From the NCBI RefSeq assembly GCF_009914755.1, contig NC_060928.1: a DNA stretch of 64,000 nucleotides. One strand, written 5' to 3'. Each line of letters opens with the position of its first letter. Position 1 is the stretch's first letter. Of this stretch, positions 53,461 to 64,000 are shown one piece after another. Source of the DNA: the human T2T-CHM13v2.0 reference genome, Homo sapiens. The notes under the pieces were generated by a model that was not told where the DNA came from, ran no database searches, and was given only the letters and a program-made list of their open reading frames with translations. Both the position numbers and the translations under genes were made by a program.

Positions 53461-54413
53461 TTCCGTATTAGTTTACTAGGCTGACAAATTCATTCTATGA
53501 AACTGGAAAGTAGGCCTGAGAATGAGGAAATGCCATGCTCATTGAGAGGTATAATTATCTTTTTATACTGTGACATAAGGATAGTCACAGAGAGAAGCAA
53601 AAATCTCATCGGGAGCCTCAAAGCCTGCTTAGACATTTGGATAAACTTAATGTGCAAACTGGAAACAATATTAGAAGAGTAGTTTGAACTCTTTATAGAC
53701 CCTCTGATCTGCTTACAAACTCAGCTCGAAATACACAGAAGATGAGGCTGCAGGAACTGTTAGTTTTGCCAGTGTAGACATTCCAGTGAACATTCTTAAA
53801 CCAATAACTTTCATTACTCATGCTGGCATGCTCAGTAGGTGGAAGCCAGAAGTAATATACTTAGACGAAGTTGAACTATAAACAGAGTAAAGTTGCTTAC
53901 CAAGGGTGCACACATTTGCAGAACAGATTAGGAATTTTGTTAATATTTGATATCGCTATTTTTCAATAATGTCTTTACAATTTTATCCCCAAATCCCTCC
54001 CATAAAAATTAGAATTTAAAAACTTAAAATATTGATATCTCTTTGAATTCAGACATTAATGTTACATAATATTTTTATTCTCATTTTTATTTTATTTTAT
54101 TTGTAGTTAATCAAAGTAGTAAAAGAGAATCTATTTTTAAAGAAGATAACAAAACAGAAAGACAAGACTGAAATTGAGTAATTTACCCTTAAATATTTTC
54201 TTTCTTGGTTTTATATATACTAAAGAAAAACAATTATTATGGTCATGTGTTTAAAGCACTACTTCAACTAGTCTTTGAGTTAGAATAGCCCTAACTATTG
54301 TCTTGATAAGACCTGGATAGCTTTATATCACAATAAACCTAGACAGTAACAGTTCTACATTGCAGAGGTGGAGGAAGATTTGATTGTGTGGCATGCTGTA
54401 TGGTATAGTCATT

Positions 54414-54453
54414 AAATAAATAAATAAATAAATAAGTAAATAAATAAATAAAT
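54414..54453. repeat. (TAAA)n microsatellite
   Basis: About 10 units with one interruption. Confidence 0.9.
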
Positions 54454-56419
54454 AGACACTTGTCAAAAGACCAGCATAGCGTGGATGCCAGCAAAACTGT
54501 AAATGGTCATTTAATTTCAAATTGAACTGAGGCTCTATTCATTTGAGTTATTCAGAGCTTCGTCAGAGCAGCTTACAGGCTAATTTTTCTGATGCACAAA
54601 AGTGCTAGCCATAATCTAGGAATGCCTTCCTCTCATTTTAGAAGAATGGATTTAAATGTAATTTATTTCCCCTGATGAGTCAAAGTTGATTTTTGTTTAT
54701 TTAGGTCTCAGTTAATGCCAAATAGGCATCCATGCTAGAACTCTAAATTATTCTCAAATCTGTTAGTCATAAATTGCATTATTTAAGTGGTATTATCACC
54801 TGCAATAAACTATTATTTGTATTCCCTTGTGATACCTGGAGGTGTTTGTGTCCAGCTGCCATCTGGTAGGCATTGCTAAGCCAGTGGCCCCTTTTTCTTT
54901 CTCAGATTAGTCATCACAGTGCAGTGTTCATTATGCGGGCCTTTTTTATAAATGAATGAAAAGGAGCCAACTATGCTCAAAATCAAGCACATGAAAATAA
55001 ATCGGATCACTTTAAGAAAACTTGAATAGGAGAAGCTCTAGGTTTACACATAGCTTTGCACCTTTTACATAATCGCCAAACATTCATGTGTGCTGTTTAA
55101 TTTTTATTGTCTTTAGGTAACTCATTGGCTCTAAGTCATTTGATTTCTACTTCTTTCTTTCCTCAGTCACTCACCCTCTCTTATGTGGCCATGCTTGGCT
55201 TGCCTATGCTATTCTAATCTTTAGTAAGCATATGGTTTTCTCAATAAGATGCTTTATAGTATTTCTCTGACATTGTTTAGCATCCTACCTAGAATGTCAG
55301 CTTACATCCTTGTAGCTATGATACATAATAGAATATACTCTTGGGTGAGGTAGAAAGCAAATTCTTGTCTGGTAGGCAGACATAAATATCTGGGCAGACT
55401 TAAGGTGGTATGGAAGTTAACTAACTGGTGCAGCTTTTGATCCTACCTGTTTGTGCCAGGAAGATTATAAGACAAAAGAATGAATGAAGCAGAAGGAAAA
55501 TTAGAATGACCTATGTTTTCCTTCATAGAAAATCAAAATCAGCTCTACTTGTGAAGAGGTGTTAATTAACAGTTTTCTGAGTAGAGAACTGGCATGCAGA
55601 GCTTTGATCACAACAGATCCTGAGTAGGACTGTGAATTAAAGTTTCAGGTTGTAAGCACTTAAACAAAAAAGCCTACCTTTTTTGCAACTGACATTTTGC
55701 CACCTAGGGCCATGCTTCAGTGGCCACTTACAAATAACTATTGACTAATGTATTATGGGGCTTCCAGTTGACTCTAAAACTATATCCTATAAAATCAATA
55801 TCTGTGATGCATAGACAATGCCCTGAGTATATTTTTTGCAACCTCAGAGCAGATGATACTGCCCATATTTATGTAAAAATTTATTTACAATATTAACATT
55901 GATAAAATTCATTGATAAGATAGTGATTCATGCTGCTGCCAGCATCCCAGGGACTAAAGATATTGTTTGTTTTTCATAGAAAAGAAAATCAGGAAAATTA
56001 TATATGGAAGAAAATTGGACATAAAATTTTATGAGAAAAAGGTTTTCCAGATGCATATCCTATTCTTCCAACCCCAATTTATATGTTTGTTCACTGATGC
56101 AGACTACATTTTATTTTTTACTTGCCAATCTCTCCTACAAAATTGTAACTGATTTAAGGTTGAAGAAACCTAGACCTGTATGCCATGATATTGGCTACAG
56201 AATTTTAACTAGAGTATTTTAAACACGGTGTAGGCTAAAAGCTAGCTATGGGTCCACAGCAAAGAGTAGAACAGTAATAGTGATTTAGGCAGGAAATTGG
56301 CAAAAGATAAATCCAAGGAAATAAGTCCTCAATTTCTTTATTTTCCTTATCTTCTCACTCTTATCTGTTTCACCTTTACTTCCAAAGTACTGAATTCTTG
56401 AAGATAAATGAAGAATAGA

Positions 56420-58760
56420 CAGGATTTAGCAGGCAGAGGCAAAGATGAGGTTGTTATTTAAGGGAACAATCTGAACAAAATGAGGATTGTAATTGGAGAA
56501 GTAGCCCAGAATGGTTACAGTACAAGATGTATAAGAGAAGAAAGAGGCATAACCTTGGCAAGGTCATTTTGGACCATATTATAGAATCGAGGGAAGAGGT
56601 TAAATTATTGATTGAGGAGTTTAAACTTAATTCAGGAGGCAATGAGGAACCATTAAAGGCCCTAACTGTAAAAAAGTGACTAAATTATAATTGTGCTTTA
56701 AGAAGTTTACTCTGCCAGTGGTGTTTACTCGTTGACATCTACTCATCAACTATTTGTTTTAAAAATAAAGAAACATACATTAAGTGTTCTGAGAGATAAA
56801 GAGATTATCATGATAAAACTGACTTTATGAGAGTGCAATTTACAGAACTATTATAAAGTGCATGTAATAGCTATGCTATCTAACACAAGTAATAAATATC
56901 TTAAGTGCATGAGAGAATTTGAGAAGAGGAAGTTTTTTCTGACTATTGGGAAGACCAATTATAAGGCTAAAACAAAGGGCTATGCAAGAGATAATAAAAA
57001 ATTTCAACCACCAAAATAACTGCATTTGAAGTACAGACACAAAAGATGCTATAAAAGTAAACTCAAGCAACTTGGCTGCCGTTTTGATTAGTGCATAGTG
57101 GAAAAAAGAGTCGAAATGGCTGAACATTTTCAAGCCTAGAGAATCAGGATTTATTTATTTTTTTTTTCATTCAGTAATTTGGCATATATTTATGTAGTGA
57201 TGAACACATAACAGAATTATTTTAGTTGTTAGGATTGAGGGATGAAAATGCTAGTCCTCATGTAACTTACTTTCTAGTAGAGAAATAATAATGACATAAA
57301 CAGAAAAACAGCATTGAATGATCAAAACTAGAAACCAAGAGAAGAGGTTGCTTGAAAAAGATGTAATTTGTTTAACAACATTGTGAGTTAGAGTAGCTCA
57401 TGAGGTACGAATTTAAACAGAGAGGAGTGCCAGAGAGATTGACTTTTACTTGTCCAGTAGAAACGGCTCAAAAAAATGAGGATGAATGAGCTCATCAAAG
57501 GAGGAAGTGAAGAAAGGCAAAAATAGGGATTAGGATAGAATCTTAAGGGAATACTTGCATTTAGGAAATGAGATGTTGAATAAGAATACATTAATGAGAA
57601 AAAAGAGAGATGAAAATTTGTAAGCAATAATAAATGCTAAAATATCAAAGAATTTTTTTAAGCTAGGAGATTACATGGCTAAATTCAGCGGAGAGTAAGA
57701 CGATGTAGACTGGAAAACATGCCAGTTATCAAACAGTAATGGGGGCAGAAGCTAGATCATAAATCAGTTTTAGACGTGGAAGAAAGCAGAGAGACTGAAG
57801 AAGAGCTTGAGAGAGAGGTAAGTAAGGAGGAAAATTATTTTAAGACTGATAGTTTGATATGATCATGAGTAAAAACTACTATAGCTTCACTTTCACAATT
57901 ACTTTCGCTAATGATCAATTTCCTAAGTAAGACATCAGCACTTAAGCTCGGCTGGATTCTTTCCCAAGCAAAAATGGGGATGTAAAGAGCAAAAAAAGAA
58001 GGACAAAGCAAAGTAAGAAAATAACAAATCAGTCAAAGAGAAAGTATGAGAAGGTTGGATTGAGAGCACACATAGAGCCATGGGAAAGAAAATGGGAATG
58101 CTGTTTGTCCTCAGAAGTGTGTTAGATATGCATGCTATGGCCTGAATGTTTGTGTGCCCCCAAAATCCATATGCTAAAGTCCTAACCTACAAAGTGAAGG
58201 TATTAGAAGGCACTGCCTTTTATGAAGTGGTTAGGTCATAAATGATGAGCCCTCATGAATGGGACTAGTGCCTTTTCAAGGAGATCCCAGAGAGCTGATT
58301 TGGCCCTTTCACTATGCAAGGACATAGCAAGAAGGCATCATCTATGCACGAGAAAGTGTTCTCCAGACTGAATCTGCTATGATCTTGGACTTCTCAGCCT
58401 CCGGAACTGTGAGAAATAAATGACTGTTGTTTATAAGCCACACAGTTTATGATTTTATAGACCAATACAATGCAGAAAGAGATGGTGAATAAAAAGTACA
58501 GGGATAGTAACAAGGAAAGCCGAGAAGACATCTTTCAAATAGTCTTAATAATCTTGATAAATTAGAGAAAAATTATTCAGCAATTTGAAGGGTTTTGGCT
58601 AGGCTTACAGACATTAAGAGTAAAGACACTTTGAAATAGCTAAAAAAGAAAATAAAATTATGATTCAACAGGAGATAAATAAAATGATTACTCATCAGCC
58701 TAGAAGGCTTAGTTTAAATTAGAGAGCATTTATCTGGAATGAATCAATACATATGATTTT
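56420..58760. mobile_element. Degenerate L2 fragments
   Basis: Purine-rich sequence with L2-like motifs (GGCAATGAGGAACCATTAAAGG, TTCATTCAGTAATTT, GGGGCAGAAGCTAGAT). Confidence 0.5.
58133..58469 (+). mobile_element. MLT1A/MST-type MaLR solo LTR
   Basis: TGCTATGGCCTGAATGTTTGTGTGCCCCCAAAAT..GAACTGTGAGAAATAAAT..ATACA; perfect 5-bp TSD ATGCA at 58128-58132 and 58470-58474. Confidence 0.9.
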
Positions 58761-60363
58761 ATTATTTCCTCCAGTAAGCATTGGCTGCCCAGTAGCAGAG
58801 AAAAAGGTCTGAGTGATCCTGATTCCCCTTTCTCATATTCTACCGATCTTGCTACTGGCAGGGACTGGGGTGATCCATCTGGTGTCAGATGAGAGACAAA
58901 AGGTTTTTCTCTTCATGTTCTCCATGGTTTGTTTTACCTCTTTGATGAAAAGAAGCTGTATGCCAAAGTGTAGAAAGCAAAGTCACCAAAATATAAGCCC
59001 ACTCATCTATCACTGACAGTGTTTCAGACTTATTCAGCCCTGTTGTCGTGCTGATGAGTGGGGATAGAATTGCCAGAAATCTGAGGAGAAAAGTTCTCAG
59101 AAAATTAAGCCAAGTGGGAATAATTAATTTTCCCAAGCAGGGAGTGAAATGTCTCTCCAAGAGCAGTAGGGAGGTCACACCTGATCTTCAGAAACTGTAT
59201 TATGTGGCAGGAGCCCCAAGTCCTTTCTGTCACTGTTCTAACTCCTCCTAGGGGAGCCTGAAAGACTTAATGTCAGGCAAGGCTACTTGATACTTATGGA
59301 CATTTCCAGTTTTGGCCTTCTGTGAATGTAGAAAATATAATGGCATTGAACTTTAATGTGCATGATTATGACTCAGATCTTAGGCTCAACCTCAGAACCC
59401 AACTGGGAACAGAGTGAATATAGTCTCTGATTGTCAGGAGTGAATGAGTCAAACATATATAATTCATATAATAATTTAGACAGTAAAACAGCCCAACAAA
59501 ATAGGAAGGTTTTTTTCTTTTAAACTTTAAAGGAGACCATTTTCATAATCCAGGCTTAAAAGGAGGCATATATTCATGTAATCCAACCACTTAAAATTAA
59601 GAGAAATCTCTCATCAGAGAATTTTAAAACTACTATAGCTTCTCTTTTACGATTAATTTTGCTAATGGTCAAGTTCCTAAGTGAGGCAGTATCACTTAAG
59701 CTCAGCTCTATTCTTTCCCAAGCAAAGGGTCTGTTGAAAGGATGCCGTAATAAAGCCAAGATAGGGCTCCTTTGTGCCTTTTGATGGAGTGAGACGGAAT
59801 GGCATCAGATTGGGGATAACTTTAAGCACTATCGCTGCTATATGAGGAGATAAAACAGAAAGCAGTCCGTGTCTCTGAGTTGTTTTGAAGCAGAAGCCTG
59901 TGCTTCAGCAAGGAATATTTGTAACTGGAACTGACTGTAGTCTGAACTAAGAACTGCCGTTGGCTGTGAGTAATGAATTCCGTGCCTGAGGTCTGTGTTA
60001 TTGCTCCTGTTATTCAATATCTTGGTTCCAAGGCAAATGCTGCTGGACATGGGCACATTTATAAATGAATAGTATAGTATAAATTCTGAGAACTTATGGA
60101 GACAAGAAAAAGGAAGGACTGCCATATGAAACACTCTCAGCCACTTCCTCAGCAAGGAGGAAAGGAAGCAATCTCATATGTAATAGTGACTTTTTTATGT
60201 CTGGCCCATTCTAATATATGATATCATCATAATTCTGCAACTTAAGTATATTAAGCTCATTTATAAAATAATGAGACGAAGGCTAAATATTTAAGAGCGT
60301 TTCTCAGTCAGACGGCAGAAAGGAGCAAGTTCAGCTGCTGAACTAATTAAATTTATCCTTGCT

Positions 60364-60557
60364 TAGTTGTTCTCGACATATGAGCTTTGGACCGGCAGCA
60401 TTGGTATCATCTGGAAATTTGTTAGAAATAAAATTCTCAGGGCCCATCCCAGACCTACTGAATGAGAAACTCAGCATTAAAGAATGAACTCAGCAATCTG
60501 TGTTTTAACAAACCCCATAGGGGATTCTGATAAATACTACAGTGTGAGACCTACTGA
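60364..60557. mobile_element. MER5A hAT-Charlie MITE
   Basis: GGCAGCATTGGTATCATCTGG..TTGTTAGAAAT..CCCAGACCTACTGAAT..AATCTGTGTTTTAACAA. Confidence 0.88.
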
Positions 60558-61511
60558 TCTAGTAAGAAGTCCATGCTCCCTACCAGTGTACACTACTTTC
60601 CCCACTCTGTGAAAATACTAATAATTGAAATATTAAACGGATGCATACTCAAGACACTTTGTCCATGTCATGTGTCCACAATTCCATCATTCACTTAGTC
60701 ATTTCCCTCTGCACAAATTCATTCATTCATTCAATAAGTGCTATATAGAGTGTATGATGATGATGACAGATAAACACAAAGATTAAGACAAACTGTCTGA
60801 TATTAGAGAAATAGGGCAGGCACACATGAATTAGTTATATTACATGAGGCAATATCTAATCACTGCCAGAATGAAGAACTCAGAGAATTCCATGAGATTT
60901 TTGGATACAAGAAAAGATTAAGTTGTTACAGTAAGACCTCATGGAGAATACAAGACTCTAGCATGATGTTGGGAAAATGAGAATATAAAAAGGTGATGGT
61001 GGTGATGGGGTGTGGATGGGGTTATTCCAGGTGGATAAAAGCCTGGAAAAGTATATTTGAGAATGTCCAGAGCAACAACCTGTTTTCTTAGATGAGAAAA
61101 TCACCACAGTGGTTTAATAATTTGCAGGAGGTACCTGAAGTATAAAGAGTCTCAGAATAGGAATGAGGAGACCTGGATTCTATTCTGTCATAGCCAAGTG
61201 ACATTTTTCAAGCTCTCCATTTTTTTTTTTAAGGCAGGAGTTTTAGTTCAATACTTGTTGACAAAATTGCTGGAAAGGTTAATGAAAATAATCTCTGTCA
61301 GGCTTTCCCAATATAGGCAGTATGTATGCGCTAGAAAGAAAAAGTTCAACTTTCAAATATATTTGGGGAATAATGGGTTAAATTATTGTTCTATAAGCTG
61401 TCAGACTTCTCAGAACCCTTATTGTGTTCAGGAGATAGTGAGCCTCTCAGGAGAGAAATTAGGATATGCTACGTCCCAAACTTATTTTGCCCTGGAATCC
61501 CTTTATTTGAA

Positions 61512-61618
61512 AACAAACAAACAAACAAACAAACAAACAACTTTTTACTATCTCTCAAGCAAGCATCACAGAAAGTACAGGCAAAAAAAAAAAAAAAAAA
61601 AGAAAGAAAGAAAGAAAA
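61512..61618. repeat. (AAAC)n and poly(A)/(AAAG)n tracts
   Basis: Direct inspection. Confidence 0.85.
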
Positions 61619-63279
61619 TGAAAAGGTAACCTATGTGATAATGTCTGGGTACAGAATGGTGTTCATTAAATGTTAATTTAATTGGATTTTTCTGCAGACC
61701 AGTTACAGTTCATCTTAGATCTCAGTGTACAATAGTGGAAGTGGCACGGTAATCTGAACACAAGGCCAACAAGGCTAAATTCTCACAACTGTAGCTCAGC
61801 ATTCATTTTCCATGTATCTTAAAGCTTTTGCCAACTGAAAATTCGTACAAAATATACCTGTTTCTAAAAGTGTTAAACCTCTTGATTTTCTGTAGCCCAA
61901 AAGACGTAATGAAATTGCCAAAAACATTTTTCATGATTGATGCAATCAATTGATAAATGTAACCTATCGAGGTGTCATATGTAATGAGCGAATATTTACA
62001 TAGAATAATTATGTACATACATAATTTTAGACACACATTTATACAATGTGTTTCCCATAAGAGAGCTATCTCTGAGTATTGTGGTTGGTGTATTTAAATA
62101 GAGCAGGAATTGTATATTGAAGTTGACAAATATTTTTCATTCCTACTTTGTGTGTCAGACACTGAGCAGAAAAGTTTGAAAAGCACAACAGAATATTTTC
62201 CAACAAGATATTCATGATCTAGTGGGGAATAGTGATGCCCATGTGTACTATAAGAGATAGGAGAGAGGCAAACTCTCCATGAAAACCAGAGGAGGGAGCG
62301 GGTAATCCTGGTTGCGGGGGAGGCACAACGGAAAGTTCCATCAAGAGAAGGTGACTCTTGATTTGGGCCTGATATGATGATTCTAACATGTCCAGGGAAT
62401 AAAGCAGAGGATTCCAGGGAAATCATTTTGAGAAGTCACAGCCCCCTTTTCGTATGAAGTATATTCTGCAACACAGGAATACTAAAAAGTTGAAGATTAC
62501 TTGGGATTGCAAAGCTGCATGCATGTTTAAAATGCCGTCCTTGTCTACACTCAAGCTTATTAACCCAAGGTCAGAATTTTGAAATTCAGACTTTTAGATG
62601 CATTTGATTGAGCTTCACAATTTAAGGTTACAAGAATTAAGTCTTTTAGTTTGAACTTGTTTATTCAATAGACAATCACCATAAGCTTGACACCTGGTTT
62701 CCTGATTTCTAATAATCAACTGCTATAGGATGTTGGGGCTCAGAAAACAAAACCCCAGAGTGAAGGGTTTGACAAAAGGGTCAAAGTGCAAGTCTTGTCC
62801 AGGAGGAAGTAGATAATTCTGTGTAATGAGAGAATAAAATAGGAGTAAGGAGTTGCAGGAGACCTGGACTGGGCATTCCTATTGAAGGAAGATTATGAAT
62901 ATTGTTCGTGCCAAGGTAAGAATTAAGTTTTTTTCTAAAGAACATAGGGTGGTATCAGAAAAAATTATGATGAAAAAGTATTTTGTTTTAGAAAAGATGC
63001 CTCTGACTTTTCATCGGAAAATATATCACAGCTGAATGAAATTTTCAAATATAAGGGATAATAATACTAAAATATCTTCCTGTAGGCACTTATAATATGC
63101 TGGGCCATGAACTATTCTATAGATGTTATTCCTTTAATGCCCTCATAGCAAGAAGACATAGAAATCATTTTCTCCATTTTAGGTATAAAGTAATGTGCTT
63201 AAATTCCCACACCTTAAAATTATAGAGCAGAATTCAAATCCAAATTTGCGTATGTCAATGTTTTTAACAATTATTCTAT

Positions 63280-64000
63280 GCTAACACCCATAAAAATCAT
63301 AAAATAAGTAGAAGGAAATATGGGTGAAGGATTTCTTTTACATTCATGAGGATAGGAAAATACTTTCTAAATATATATTAAAGTCAGAAAGAGAAAATAC
63401 TTAAGAAAAAATGATAGATTTGATTACATAAATATTAACATTTATATAGCATAATTATAAACAAAATTATAAACAAAATAGAAAAGCAAGCAACAAAATA
63501 GAAAAACACTTGCAACATGTGACAGAGACCTAATTAATCTTATATCAAGAGTTTCTAAAAATAAAAAAAATGTGGACTCCCCTATTACAAAAATAAGCAA
63601 AGGATGGAGACTACTAGTCATTAGAAGGAGAAATACTATTCCGAATATCTGTGGATAGGCAGAATTTTTTTCCTTTTTTTTGGTGGGGGTGGGGGGTAGT
63701 ACTGGGTCTCGCTATATTGCCCAGGCAGGTCTCAAACTCCTGGGCTCAAGCTATCCTCCCACCTCTGCCTCCCTAAGAGCTGGCATTGCAGGTGTGAGCT
63801 ACCACACCTGGCAGGCAGAATTTAAGGTGATAAACGTACTCATATCAAGTTGGTTGGGGTCTAACTTTGCACCCCTAACTTTCTAGAGGTAAGTTTGAGA
63901 ATATGTATCATAATGTAAAGTGTGAGTTCTTTGACCCAGTAATTTCATTTCAGGATATTTTCCTTAAAAAATAATTAATAAGATGCAGCTGGATGATAAA
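63280..64000 (+). mobile_element. L1M(E) ORF2 3' relic
   Basis: GATAGATTTGATTACATAAA, CTTTGACCCAGTAATTTCATTTCAGGA. Confidence 0.65.
63668..63812 (-). mobile_element. Alu monomer (FLAM-like)
   Basis: Single arm GGGTCTCGCTATATTGCCCAGG..CCACACCTGGC; TSD AGGCAGAATTT at 63657-63667 and 63813-63823. Confidence 0.88.

Noticed and set aside
61198-61676. 143-aa and 96-aa ORFs
   Set aside because: Run through simple repeats and repeat remnants; low complexity

Overview
AT-rich, repeat-dominated hominoid (probably human) genomic DNA with no recognisable intact cellular gene; almost every long ORF belongs to LINE-1 or the Tigger1 transposase. Main elements: an old L1MA-type 3' part (1-3450), a full-length dead L1PA5-7 (5821-11977, TSD), a tail-to-tail full-length older L1PA13-16 (12560-19538), old L1M relics carrying THE1, ERV1 LTR, Alu and a full-length Tigger1, a 5'-truncated L1PA3 (36003-39935, 18-bp TSD), and a twin-primed 5'-inverted L1PA2 inserted into the poly(A) signal of an MLT1 LTR (50611-52812, 19-bp TSD). 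Structure not explained by these repeats: (i) three short (50-101 bp) local duplications whose partner lies 1.5-1.75 kb downstream (one inverted, one flanked by a perfect 19-bp inverted repeat), plus several fold-back and micro-inversion scars; (ii) a small CpG-retaining promoter-like element at about 31.4 kb with a plausible first intron, and several + strand exon-like segments that might be a decayed coiled-coil gene (speculative). Subfamily names are from recalled consensus motifs, not a database search. No new biological system is established from sequence alone.
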